A stretch of 64,000 bases of DNA, from the NCBI GenBank assembly GCA_965202585.1, contig OZ241831.1, forward strand, positions 3,224,001 through 3,288,000, in the 5' to 3' direction. Positions 15,224 through 28,400 of the stretch are shown here, one piece after another (the first letter of the stretch is position 1; the number at the start of each line of letters is the position of its first letter). Source of the stretch: Thalia democratica (taxonomy: Eukaryota). Position numbers and translations under genes: made by a program. A model generated the notes under the pieces. It had not been told where the DNA came from. It saw only the letters and a program-made list of their open reading frames with translations, and ran no database searches.

Positions 15224-15349
15224 TTCCAGACCTGATCCCACCCACTGATGACTGTTCAGGAAACCCTTCCAGTTTGCCTGGTTGAAACTAACACATTTCA
15301 GGACGTTTTTGTGGTTTTTCAGCTTGATTTTCGTCGTCGTTTCGATGTT
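15224..15349 (-). CDS. Orphan internal exon candidate (NIETTTKIKLKNHKNVLKCVSFNQANWKGFLNSHQWVGSGLE)
   Basis: GC-rich island; TTTTTTGCGCAG| acceptor; donors GTTGGT (phase 0) or GTAGGT; 42 open codons with high GC3. No recognised family. Confidence 0.4.
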
Positions 15350-18184
15350 CTGCGCAAAAAAGTTTTGTTGCCATTGACAACAACAAAAATAACCTTTTCA
15401 ATAGATTAAGCACTTGTTTGTTAGTTTACATTCTTTGTATAGAAAATTTCAACATTTTTAATAGATGTTGACTGTCTAATTAATAATTACTAATTAAAAG
15501 TAATTGAATTATTATAGTAACTATAGTAATATTTTTAATAAGAAAACTTTTATTTTAGTCTACTGTTTTTAGTTTTACTTTTATTTAGGTATATTTAATT
15601 TGTTTTAGTATGTCAACTGCACTAGTTTTCCAAATAATAAAAGTCATAGTTTAACTAGGAGTAGTTTTGTTTTAAAGAAATTCAAAAGTTTACCATTGTA
15701 GAAATAAAAAAGTGTTTTTTAAGTTAATTATTGAATAGACAGAGCACCTTAAACGTAATAAACCTGTGAATTATTTAAATAAAACTTTAAAATATGGTAT
15801 GTTGGTGTTGTACATGAGCTTTAGCATAGGTTTATAAAACAAAAGTGGTAAGTTTAGGAAATAAAGGTTGAAAAACAACATTTTTTTATTAAAAGAACTG
15901 TTATCACAACCTTTTTTTCTATAAATAAGGGATTGAAAAAAACTTTAAAACTATGTACTGTAAATTTATGTTTATGAAATTTAGTAGCAAGTTTGAAATC
16001 TATTAGTAAAAACTAATTTTGTATCATGATTTTAGTAAATTCGTTCAATTAATAAGAAAATATTTAAAAAATAGAACATACAAAGAAAAATTACTACAAA
16101 TGAATTTCAATTACTTGCTAAAAAACGTTTTTGCATTTTTCTTTAAAGTGAAAAACCAATTTATTCTTGTTTAAAACAACTGTTTCTATGTTTCCTATTT
16201 CTTTCAATCAACCTTATACGCAGTTTTTCAAGTCTAAAAGTTTCAAGCTTAAATTAAAAGAGTCATAAAAATAAATAGATTTTTCTAAAGTCGAACAATT
16301 AACTAAAACAAGTAGCTAAACAAGATGGGTAACTTTTATATAATTTTTTCATTTTTATACTTTTATATTCGGCGGATCAGAATAAGTCTTTGGCGGATTC
16401 TTCAAATTATTGTCTCAGCGATCTGAGTTATTTCGATATATTGAAAATAAAAAATGTACTTCAAAAGAAAAAATGCAACGAAATAACTAATAGGCACTGC
16501 TTTTTGTTGATAATAAAATCTAAAGTACTTTTGAACATATTTCTCTAACATATATTTACTTTGATTCTTTATTACAATTTAATATTTAGCTAAAAGTTAC
16601 GTCTAGGGCTTTATGTTTCATTTTGTTGGTCGGATATAACTCAGGGTACGTACTTAAGCTAAAAGTTTTTTTATTCTCAGGTCACTAAACTTTGTTAAAA
16701 TCGTGATGAAAGTTTCTTATATTAAAAAAAAATGTTCTAAAATAAGACACAGAAATTAAAAAAAAAATTGTTAAGTTCTAAAATTGTTTTAATACAACTG
16801 CCTTTAGTATCGTTTTACATAAACGTTAGTAGTCAGTATTACAATTTTTATTGTAATTTTTATGATTTGGGTACAAATTTTTTCTTGAAGAATTTATTTA
16901 ACTAATGTAAATACTTAATAATTTTTTTTTACTTTATAAAAATGTTGTAAAAAAATTAAACAAGTCTAAACTATTTGGAGCTACGACTTGATTGACTTCT
17001 TAATGTTTATCTTTATAGGATTAGGTGTTGAGTGCACTATACTTTATAAACAAAGCATAACAATATAGAAAGAACAATGATTTTAAAAATGCTTCAGATT
17101 TTGATGCTTTATGTATCAGGACTATCTCAAAAAAATGCTAATTCAGCAATAAACTAATAAAACACAAAAAACAGGGTATATAACGTAACAATTTATAAGT
17201 CAATTTTGATAATTTATGGCGTGGTTCAAAGTTTATGATGTATTTTTAATTACAACTTTATATCAATATTTATATAAAGGCTAACTAAATTTTGTTATTA
17301 GTATAGTATTTTCTAGTTATTAATTTTTCACTAACTTTTTACTTCTAACCTTAAAAACTATACAGTAGTGTTTTTTTTTGGTTTTTAGCAGTTCAAAATG
17401 AACTGTTTGTTCGGTTGGTAAACTTTAAAAAAACCACACTTCGGAAATATTCTTGGTATTAGCCGTAACAAATTTCGTCATTACAAACATTTATTTTAAC
17501 ATATACAGTATTTTAGTCGAATCTACAGAACTTTAATCATAAACTTCGTAAAGCTAGAAATTTATTATAAAAAAAAATAATAATTTTACAAAGAATGTAG
17601 TTTAAATTGTTAAATAGGGTATATTCCTTTTTAATAAAAAGTCGGTTACAAATTAAAAAGATTAAATTAAAAAACTAGTATGGTATAACAATAATTTTAT
17701 AACGAGTTAAAAAAATTTAACACACATTTAAAACTGGTTTCTACTAAGCTTTCAGCAATTGGTTGTAATGATTTTATGTACAAAAAAAACTCAACAATTG
17801 TGGAAAAAAATCTGTTGAAAAAAGGAGTGAAAATTTATAATGCCAGCTGCAAAGATAAATCTCGTATGTCAAAAGTTTTAAGAATTGATAAAAGTATATA
17901 TAGTTTAGCAAGTAAACAACTTTGACTATAGTTTTCGCATTTTTTGAAACAAAGTTATTAGTTTATGTTTTTTGTTAGCTAGTTTACTTTAACAAAAGAA
18001 AGAGAGCTTTTTTAAAATATTAAAAATAAACCCTTTTTTCAAAGTTTCATGATTTTTAGTTAACTTGAATTAACATAAAGCGGTATTTGGTATTCTAGTT
18101 TTTTTTTATATGTATATATATATTTCCATATGCTTTGGTTTTAAGAAAACAAATAGAGAGATCTCAACTACAGGAGGAGAAATA

Positions 18185-18328
18185 ATGAATTTATTTTTTC
18201 AACAACTTATTTTACAAACTAAGTTTCGGTAACGACTGTCACATACCTTTTTAGATTTATTTAAGCACTGACAAGGTCTTTGACTGAAACTTAGTTTGTA
18301 AAATAAACTCTTGAAAAAATAAATTCAT
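18185..18328. repeat. ~43-bp inverted repeat with ~57-bp spacer (small MITE or hairpin)
   Basis: ATGAATTTATTTTTTCAA...TTATTTTACAAACTAAGTTTC and its near-perfect reverse complement at 18286-18328. Confidence 0.8.
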
Positions 18329-19612
18329 ATATATATTTATATATATGTGTATATATATAAACTTTGTTAATTTATTAACAAGTGGTGTAGAAGTGTATAT
18401 TAGGAGGATATATTAATCTTTTATTCGAATTAAATATTTGATGTGAATAAATGATTAACTTAGACTTAATAATTTTATACCTTAAAATAAAATTAAAACT
18501 ATGTATTCAATAAAGTATATGGTTCAATTCACGACAACTTAGTACAAACAATTGCAAAAACATTACATACTGGCTGGATAATATTCATTGTCTAAGTTTT
18601 ACATTCAAACATACTTGTTGAACTTCTTCTAGTCTAAATTTTCTTACTTGTTAAGAAATAGTTTTATACTAAATTTGTTATATATTTATTTCTGTAAGCA
18701 AAAAACTTTAAAGAAACCTTACATAGTAAAAATTTTTATGATTAACTATTTTCCAAAACTGTTGTGCAGTAAAAAGTCGCAGCTAAACCAACAGTGGAAT
18801 TATCAATTTAAAATTCTTAATAAGACAAAACATGTTTGTTTAATAACGTAAAACTATGTTTGAAACTGATTCGAGATAAGGTAAAAAAAGGTTAACTTTT
18901 TATCATGATAACCTTATAAGACTAGAATGCTAGTACAGCTAGTTAAAAGTTCTGATGTTGTTTGAGTAAAGTTGTTAAACTTTTCTATATTAGCTAAGTG
19001 TTAAAAATGATTTAGTTTTATAAATTACGTTTTTAGCTTGATCACTTTTATTTTTTTAAGGTTAACACTAAAAAGTCGTCATTTTTATTGTTTTAGAGAG
19101 TAGCAGGATGCTTAACACTTTGATCTTGTACACTTTAACAGAGTAAACCTTAAACATCAGTTTTTGTAGGTTATAATTTTCAGAAAACTTTAAAACTTTT
19201 ATTAATCAGAAACATCAATAGTATTAAGTGTATAAGCAAGTTGTATTAAATTAAAATCATGTATTATAAATTCATTTAAGTCTTAATAAAAATTGCGTAG
19301 ACTTAGTAGTAAATAAATTTGTTCAGCTTCTTTAAAACTTAATCATTAGGCTATAAGTAACGGCAGTGTTTATAAGTTATTGGTAAAAATAAAAGTTTAA
19401 TGTTTGTTAGAGCATTTTAAAGTGACAGATTATAAATATGTTTATTTAATCAAATTTCTTAACAGTATTAAAACAAGCTAAAAAGCACAACAATCTTTAT
19501 GAATTAATTACTAAAAACTATTAAACAGTCGATAGATAAATCCGTATAGATATAATGAAATTATTTATTATCATGTTTTGAGCACAGCACCAAAATAGTA
19601 CTAATTTAACAG

Positions 19613-19970
19613 GTAAATTTTTAATACCGACAGAAATGAGAGGATTCATCCAAGTATACACTTACTTACAAAACAGCAGAAGGGAGGCTACGGACAAAGC
19701 GATCAACTCGTTCAAACTGGAAATCGAAAGCAAAGGGGGACACACTCTTTCTATGTCGGAGTTCCATGAGATGTACAGGCGTTATTCTCAAAAAGCTTTC
19801 CGCCAGTTCGAGGAAGATTGCGATCGGTTTGTCGAGAACTGCCGAGAAATGGAAGAGGAGATAGTCAGAAGCAAACCGGTGCATCTGTGGAAACTCAAGG
19901 AGGACATGAAGGAGTTCAAAGACGCGATGAGGAAAGTAAACGAGTTCAAAAGAGATGACAACTTTGAAAG
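19613..19970 (+). CDS. Exon of a putative GBP/atlastin-like helical-domain protein
   Basis: GC-rich, GC3-biased island with TTAACAG| acceptor (in-frame alternative AG ending 19633) and likely donor AAG|GTTCAT at the composition step. KFLIPTEMRGFIQVY...NSRREATDKAINSFKLEIESKGG...LSMSEFHEMYRRYSQKAFRQF resembles the GBP/atlastin helical bundle by eye only. The unspliced ORF ends at 19983. Confidence 0.6.
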
Positions 19971-20601
19971 GTTCATGTTTTAAGTTATAAAAATAATTAT
20001 AATTGCTTACTAAAAAAGTTAACAGAGTTCTAGTTTTTATAGGTTGTGGTAGGTACAGTAGTTTATATAAAAAAAAGAATTATAAGAAAGGTTGGTTTGG
20101 CAGAACTTTTCAAAATCAATTATTCTGAAAAAGATATAACAAATTAATAATTTTTTTCATTTAAATAAAACAAAAAACTTTTTTTTAAAACAAACTTTAA
20201 TTATACAGTGTTACACAATATCTGACTTATTTAAGACTCATCAAGTATATAATCAGAGTTCCTCATAAAAAATAGAAAGTACTAAAAATTTTTGACAAAA
20301 ATTATTTAATTAAGTTAGATAAAATGAGAACTGTATTTTATTTTACTTCATAAAACTTGCATCACCATGTTTGTTCTTTCAAAGTAAGTTATTTTTACTA
20401 TAAGTGGACGATATCGCTATTGCGGCGAGCTTAGCTACCAGGGGGCGATAACTAGTAAGGGGGACCAAGGTATACCAAATAGTTAAAAACGAATTCTAAT
20501 ATACGAGAGTGCTTATGAAAAATATTCTCGGAATAATTGTTGTAAACAACAATATACTTTGTAACTTATATGATACCATAACAAATAATTTATGTTTTTA
20601 G

Positions 20602-20715
20602 GCTGTTATTTGAGTTGTTGGGAATGAAGCCAAGGGCTTGGTTTGAATTTGCCAAAATGTTCAAAGAATTCACTCTGACAGCGCATCCAGACTATCTAGT
20701 GCGAAATTTCGACAG
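20602..20715 (+). CDS. Phase 2-2 exon, death-domain-like (LLFELLGMKPRAWFEFAKMFKEF...LVRNFDR)
   Basis: TTTTTAG|G acceptor, CAG|GTCTGT donor, open frame; phase compatible with the 19970 donor. Domain call by eye. Confidence 0.45.
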
Positions 20716-20780
20716 GTCTGTTTGTTTTTCACTTGCTTCCATTAAACAAAATTAATTAGACTATAAATAACGTTCTATAA

Positions 20781-20830
20781 CAGTGGTCGGCAAACTGCGG
20801 CCCTCGATAGGTAAATCTGCGACAAAATTA
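20781..20830 (+). mobile_element. hAT MITE end CAGTGGTCGGCAAACTGCGGCCC (related ends at 32087 and ~6120-6239)
   Basis: Buster-like terminus; flanks TTCTATAA (20773) and TACTATGT (32079) have a central TA. Confidence 0.6.
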
Positions 20831-22369
20831 TATTTTATATTAAACTAAATTGATAAATTTCATTATAAGTTACTGAATAAAATTTTAGAACAATTAAAGT
20901 ACTTTACTGCTCTTGCTTAGAACTGTGAAAAAACAGATTAGCTTTCTACCAGGGTTTTTTTCTTAATTTCATAATAACTTTCTTCTTACAACAGTAAGTT
21001 ATCATCTGAAAAAAGAGTATAAAAAGTGATTGGATTGAATGAGTTAGTTATATAATACTTATTTAGTAAATGAACTAAAAGTGAATGCTTTCCATTTTGT
21101 ACAAAAGTAATGCACAGTAATTAACTAAAATGTCATTTCTTTACAGTTTATTTTTTCAACATGTTTTTTGTACCTAAATTACTAGCTGGTATATTAAGAG
21201 TTCACAAATACTTTTAAAATAACATAATAATAAGAAATACGGTTTACTTTATTTTGGTTTTCACACGTTTTTAGAAGTTTTCGTTGCTTTTTAAATCAAT
21301 TCCTTTGCACACTAATTTACAAAATGATTATTTTTGAAACCTTTTCGTTTAATACTTAAGCTGGATTAGTTTAGTTTATGCATAAATTTATAATATCATA
21401 GTTTCTACAGTCTATCTATCTAACTTCTACTATCATATATAATTGTGTACAGACACATTTAAAAGAATATATATGACATAAATTTAAATAGTTTTTGTTA
21501 GGTATACTTTTTTATTTTTCAATTTTTTTTTTGCAAATTAAGTTAATTTTTATGCGTTGCATACTAATATACACAATTGCTGTTCTTTGGAACTACTTAT
21601 CTAACACAAACTAGATTAAGGGATGGTAAATTGATTAAGTTTGCACATTGCTAATCAAAACAATTTGAATTCAATCAAATAAACTATTAAAAATTGCCAC
21701 AAACTCAGACTATGACTATTTGAAGACTTTAAATCTCAGGCAAATTTAGTCAGTTTTTGTATACTAAAATATTAAACTAGTTTTTGGTCACTCAGCATTT
21801 TTGCTTTAAAAAGTTGCAAGTTGAATTTATGATTTTTATTTTGTTAAGTTCACAGTGTTGGTTTGATTTAAAACATATTTTAAATTTTAAGTCTTGCAGC
21901 AGATATAATTTTAAATATCATTTATATCAATTGTATACCTAAAGTGTTGCCAAAAAATCCCGGAAAAACTTGGAATTTGACAATTTATGCTTAAAAAATC
22001 TGAAAAAACCTTGAATTTAAGAATTATTAAAAAAACCTGGAATTTTAAACAAATTTTACATGTAAACTTTTAACATTTCGACTTGATACAAAAAATCTAC
22101 TATATAAATATTTTTTATTAAACACATTTAAGTAGCTGAACAGTATCGTTTTGATTTTGCTATACTATTTTAAACAGTTTTTTTTTCCTTTAACTTAGTT
22201 TTATACTAAAAATAGAAGCAAAAATATGTATTTTAAAAACTCAATATTGGTTCAATGCACCTTTCCTTAAAAATATATTTACCTTTTGTTGTGCTTTGTA
22301 TTGAAACTTAACCTCTAATTTTTCTAAATGTTAAAATTAATTAAAACACCTCTAATAAAATATTTTCAG

Positions 22370-22640
22370 ATTAGCAATATCTGTTGCATCAGTTCTCTCA
22401 CCTTAACAGAATTATCAAAGTCCTAATTTGATTAATGCAGCTATATAATCTTCAGAATTTTCCTAAACACGACTTCTTGTTGTCATTAAAGAAATAAACA
22501 AAAATACTTTACTACCTGCTTCTATATAACTTGCCTTAACAATCTTTTCTGATCAGTCTGCAGTTACTAAAAATAATCATGTGCTTTGTTGAAACTGACG
22601 TAGGCAATTTGTTTTTTTTTTGTCGTTTCTCGCATTAATC
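22370..22640 (-). mobile_element. Possible highly decayed hAT/Buster transposase fragment
   Basis: Minus frame EKIVKASY...GE...DIANL with multiple stops; weak by-eye resemblance. Confidence 0.25.
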
Positions 22641-23729
22641 CAAACTAACAACTTTTGATTCTTATAGCTCGTATTATATTTTACATTTACTTTTTTTAAA
22701 TGCAATATTTTTACTGCAGATATAGAATTACTATAATGCTTAATAAAAAGAAGCTTTTCTACTCCATTAAGGACTAAATATTTTTTATAAATTTGTTAAA
22801 ACTATGTAAAAAACTTAATTAACCATTCAAGCTGACTAACAATGATTTTTATAGATATATAGTTAATTCACTGTTAATAAACTTCGTTATTTCTTTATTT
22901 TGTAAACTTAATGTCGAACAGGGTTGCCAAACAAACAGACTAGTTTAAAAATTTCAAAATCTCAGACTAGATCAAACCTATTTTAGACATTAAGAAAACT
23001 CAGTTTTCTGTTAAAACTTCATTTTAAATACTTTGAATAAATCTTCGAATTCTCAGAGTAGTTTTTTATGACTGTAGTGTAGTTTACAAATTTTAGTTTT
23101 TTCATATAAATATTGTACTTTTTTATAATGATATTATTTTAGTTAAGAGTTTAAGGTTAATTAACAAAAAGTTTTATTTTTTTTTAACCTTTAATAAACT
23201 TAGGCTGGTTTGATATAAATTAGAAAATTTTGCTTTTAGAGTGGCAGCCATGTAAAAGACTAATTAGTTAGTGATAAGATTACACTAAAGTATTCGAACA
23301 TTAACTAAGTTCAAAAATTTGATTTAGCTTATCTACAATACAAAAGGAATTTATTTTATTTAGTTAAGTAATTATTGATTTTTATAAAGACTGCAAACTA
23401 CTTAAGACGCAGAAATTATTTTCAAAATTAATGTTTTTTAAAATATGACTAGATGCTTCAAAATGTAAAAAAATGTATAAAAGTGACCCATAAATGTTTT
23501 CTAAGCTCGGTCTTTATAGAGAATTAGGTTGTAAGTAAAATAATTAAAGTATTAAGTTTAGTTTATTAAGTTTTTAAGAGTGTTTATGTTTTATTAAAAC
23601 TTGTTTATATTATTCATTGTAAACTCTATTCCAATAAAAATTAATAATTTTAATAGGCATTCTATGTGTAGCTACAAGTCATTTTAAGTAATAAAGTGTT
23701 TAAGTAAAACATTCTGTGGTGTGACTAAA

Positions 23730-23838
23730 ACTAAAACCAAAATACTATTCGTATTTCACTAAAACTAAAACTGCGGCCCGCGAAGATTTTAGAAACTTTA
23801 AATTTGGCCCGCGAGCACCAACTGCCTGCCGACCCCTT
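23730..23838 (-). mobile_element. Same hAT MITE family, inverted copy
   Basis: Reverse complement of the 14952 sequence (...TTTGGCCCGCGAGC...CTGCCTGCCGACCCCT). Confidence 0.7.
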
Positions 23839-25340
23839 TTTTATATCTTACAGGTAGACTCTTATTTTTAGGTATGAAATAGAGCATTTTAAACACAAAG
23901 TTTTACTACTAAAAACAACGTACTCAACAAAGAATTGTTAGATTATTTTATTAAACGTTTAACTTATTAAACAGGTTTATCAACGATGAGTGTTTCCAAA
24001 CTTTTGGAGTTCACGATCCCTGGTCTATGGACATATGGCCTTAAAAGTTCAAACTAGTACCAAAAATAGTTTTGATTATTTTTTATCTGTAGTTTGATAT
24101 CATACTTTCCGTTGAAAACATTTTAAATCAGGTATAAGTATGATAAATAAAGGAGACATTAGCATTTTAAACAAGCAACAATAATTACTATATATTTTTT
24201 CTCAGATATTCTATTCTCTCATCTCGCTTCTAAGTCAGTTATTATTTATTTAGTGCTTTAAAATCCATTTCGAAGTTGTATTAATTGCCTACTTTTGTCA
24301 CAAAATAATTAAATTTACTTAATTGAAAATCGTTTTTATGGTATATAAAGTAAGTAACATGCTTAAAATTCTTTTTCTGGTAGTAATGTCACATAAGTAT
24401 TTTTTAAAAACTAAACAAGTTATCGTGCACATATGTACAAACAAGTAGTAAACTTTAGTTTTTATGATTAATACTTTTAAGATTAATGTTACATATCTGT
24501 AAGTATAAGGTTTTCTTAGTTTTATTTTCTAGTATATACTTTCCTTAAAAGTATTGTAATACTTCTAAAAATTAGTTTAAAAAAATATTACATTTTAAGA
24601 TAACAATTTTTTAAATATTCGTAATAAATTAAAAATGAACTATACATGTATAACATCATGTATTGTACAAAAATTAATAACTCCGAATTGTTTTGAACAT
24701 TACTTATAATTTTCTTATTGTTATTGTTTCAATTTCTGAAGTTATCATAATTTTTAAAACTTGCGTTTGAGTAAAATCAAAAACCTATATATTTGTTAGA
24801 TGTAAACATACTAATGCTTACAAAAAGCGTTAAACTAATTCCCTAGCTTACTAAAATGTATAAAACTTTAATTATTTTACTAAATTATAAAATAATAGTT
24901 ATGAAATAAATGGTTGTGGTTTTTGACAAATAAATCAACATGATAAAGAAGATGCGAAATTTTGTGTCAAACTTTGTGAGAAACTTTCATCACAAAACAA
25001 ACATTAAACACCAGTTCAGCGAACTTTGAATAAAGTCAGCAAACTTTGTTAAAATTAATATTAAAACTTTCTAAAAATATTAAAAATAATTAATTGAAGT
25101 AAGAAGTTTATTTTTTCACACAGAAAAAAGTATTGAGTTTTAGAAATGTATAAAAAACTTTCAAAATGTGTTACTTTATGATGTTGTGCTTTAAATGTAC
25201 TAAATATATTCAGAAAAACTACTTTTTTTTTGTTATAAACAATTTTCTTTTATTCTTCTAATATAGTTATGATGACTTTTTTAACAAGTGCACCCTAGAA
25301 ATTTTCTTTTGGTAAATCTGGACTATGGCAGTTGCCTAAC

Positions 25341-25427
25341 AATACTTAATGCTATCAAAATCTTGTGAAATTGTTTGCTCAAACTCAGTAACGACATCTG
25401 ACGGACATTTAAAACTCAAATCAAATA
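25341..25427 (-). CDS. Weak exon candidate (FDLSFKCPSDVVTEFEQTISQDFDSIKY)
   Basis: TTTTACAG| acceptor, |GTTAGG donor, symmetric phase 1-1, 28 open codons; could arise by chance. Confidence 0.25.
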
Positions 25428-28400
25428 CTGTAAAATTTTAGAATACAACTACGAAAAGAAATAATGTTTTAAAAGTTAGTAGCGTAGATCCAAATTTAAT
25501 TTTCCTTTAATCAGTTATATTACTTTTTTGTGTTTGGATTCAGATACGAAAACGATAGATTAAAGTTTTGTTTGATCTTAGTGCGTTTAAACTGAATTTA
25601 AAGATACCAAAAGTTTGCTGTACTTAATGTTTTTTTTTGTCAAATGAAATAAAAATCAATTCTATATTTAATACAAAACTTTTATAAACATCAAAACAAC
25701 TTTTGCATCGTTGATAAATTTTTGATAATTTTTTTTTGTACTTATGTTACTACTTAAAAAGCAGTATCGGTTTAACTATATGCTTAAAGCTTTACACAAA
25801 ACTTTTTTAACAACAGATTATTTGGTTTTAAAATCTGTTTAAAACCCAAATTTTTTACAAAAAAAATAAATAGTACCATTTTAAAAACATTGGCAATAGT
25901 CGAAATCCGTTACACTGTACTTATAAACGTTAAAAGTAAATTTCAATTAATTTTTGTCAGAAGATTATAAACTTGTTAAAAGTCTTACAAGTACTTAATA
26001 TACTTAAATTTTTTTAATTACTTCTTCAATTTTTTTTAAAGTTATATTAAAACTCAAAAAAAAAAAAAAATATAATCAAAAACAAAACTATTTTTTATTT
26101 GTTTTATCACCTATAAATCTTCTTTTAAATATTAAAAACAATAGATTGAAAACGATAAGTGTAAAAATTTAAGTGTTAAGTAGTATCTATACTATCTTTG
26201 TAAATACTCGGTTTAGTTTAAAATTTATAGATCACAATGTCACAAAAATAGTCTTGGATGTTGTTTTTAGTTAATCTTAATTAACAGCTTGTTAATTTTT
26301 GTAACAAATGAATATTAAAACACTTACTAAAAAGCTAATGAGCGTATCATTTTAATATATTCAAAAGCTAGTGAAAAATTAATGAAAACTTTCTATTACA
26401 AATTTTATTTAGTACTTAGTAGTGAAAATTGTTACATCACTTTTGTAAAAGTGTTTTTATTATACAAAAGGTTTTACATTAATGTATACAATGATACTTC
26501 AAGACCATAAAACGAATTTTTACTTTTCTAAACTATATTTAATTTGTGTTGTCCCTAAACTTAAGTTCGTTTGCTAAAAGTTTTTGCTTTTAGTGAATCT
26601 TAAAACGCCAGCAACTAACCATGAATGACTTATACAGTGATTTAACGTAAATTAATAATTGTTAAATAAATATTTTTAAATTAAAACGTGTATTTTTAGT
26701 AATATAAGTCATTAGTTGTACATATATTTTATAATAAAAACTTCTTTTTTTGGTTTTTACTTGTTGTATTTACATTATAAATGTGTATGTATTTTTTGAT
26801 AACACAAAAAAAACAACTTTACTGTTATATTAACAGAAAGAATAATAATACTTTTAATATCAAATGTAAACTTCTATACGTTCAACTTCAAGTTTTTGTT
26901 TTAGTTCAACTATATTTAAGTGTTAATTAACATAGTTTTCTGTTAATTACTAGTTTTATATAATATTATACTTTGTCGTAGCAAAATCGTTGATTAATAC
27001 AAACCTATTTTTTAAGTCGATTTAGTTAGTCGGACTCGTTTTATATGTCAAATCATTTTTTCGATCATTATAATTTTTTTTAATTATTAATATATTGCAT
27101 TCTTACATGTGCAGAAACTGTTTATTCCTAAAACAATTAGGCTTTATTATTATTTCCTACTTGGCATCATCGCCTTCTGTTATAGTAACTTTTGCTGTCA
27201 AGGAGCAATAATTAGTAATGGGCGAATTGTACAGGTTCAGAAATGATTATCAAAAAGTAGATTTAGCTAGCTTAATTTGGTACATAAGTAGAAACAGTTT
27301 TAACCTCATTTCTAAAAAGTTTGCTTGTTTTTAGTTTATAATATGCTCACAAGATTATCATCAAGAATAGGTTTATTTCATCGCCCTGTTTTAGGTGCCT
27401 AAAACTTTCAGATCTTTTACTTCTGACAGAAGGCTGTTTGATGCGTAGCTTATAGCTTATTGAACGTTTTTTTTTAATCTTATTTAAAACTCAATTTTAA
27501 AAAGTCAACATACTTTTTGCAATTAAATATCTAATCAATTCTTGTAACTAGAAATGATTTACAGCTCTTACAATTTTAAACAGATAATAACAATCTAATA
27601 AAGTAAAACAACAATTTTTAAATAGTTATGAACAATCTGAAACAGTTTGTTACTTCATTCATAATAACCCTTATTCAAAAGAAAAATTGAATTAAAAATA
27701 TTTTAAAATAAAGTTGTTGTTAAATAGTTGGTATAATTAATTAAACATTGTTTAGTTTAGTTAAAATTGAATAGAAACTTTTTTTACTGACTTATTTACG
27801 CATCGTTATTAATTAGAACTGTTAAAAGGTTTAAATTTATAATTTAACAGTATTAATTGTAATTAAATTTAATATATCAATCAAATTGGTCTACTGCAAA
27901 ATACTGTTTGTACAAACACTTTTTAATATAAACGTATAGTAAGTTATCAACTATAATATCCTTATTCCTTATCAAAGTTAATTTGAAAAAATATTATTCA
28001 GTCGTCAGAGGGCATAGTAGAGCTTTTATAACACTTTATGCCTTTGAAAAAACGTTCGATTTTTTTAAAACTAGCCTAAAAAACGCAGCATATACTTACT
28101 TTAAAACAAAAGTACAACTTTTATTACCGTCCGATCCAGTTATAAAAAGTGATTTTTAGATGTAATAATAAAACTTAAATTAAGTTAAAGTAAATATTTT
28201 AGAACTAAAATCAAAGAAAAAAGTTATAGTTTTAAACACAAATAGTTTTGATTTGTAAATTTATTTTAACTACGCATTACAAAAACTAAATTTAAGAACA
28301 GATCTACGGACCTTTTTGTAATCATTATAAAAAGTATTAAGTTAAAGTTTTGTAGAAAAAAACTTTTAAGACTAAGTTTTATTATCTTCATTTTAAAATA

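Larger units (their letters stand above)
10875..15232. repeat. ~1.85-kb tandem duplication (10875-13378 including a 643-bp insertion vs 13379-15232)
   Basis: Colinear similarity, e.g. 11183/13690 (TTGTCTAAACAT...) and 12603/14476; right breakpoint at ...CTTCCAGACC (13376/15232). Confidence 0.92.

Noticed and set aside
17756-17863. Phase 1-1 open segment that could precede the GBP-like exon
   Set aside because: AT-rich third positions, and its by-eye alignment conflicts with that of the next exon. Plausibly chance.
20400-20470. VDDIAIAAS resembling an RT YxDD motif
   Set aside because: Too short, with no flanking RT motifs.
14952-23838. Inward-facing MITE ends enclosing the GBP-like exons (possible gene-capturing composite transposon)
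   Set aside because: The outer 8-bp flanks differ (TGTTAAAC vs TTTTATAT), and the two ends are ~100-bp copies of the same end. They are independent insertions.
27158-27233. Phase-2 open hydrophobic segment LYYYFLLGIIAF... as a further exon of the GBP-like gene
   Set aside because: Poor acceptor and weak donor, with no homology support.
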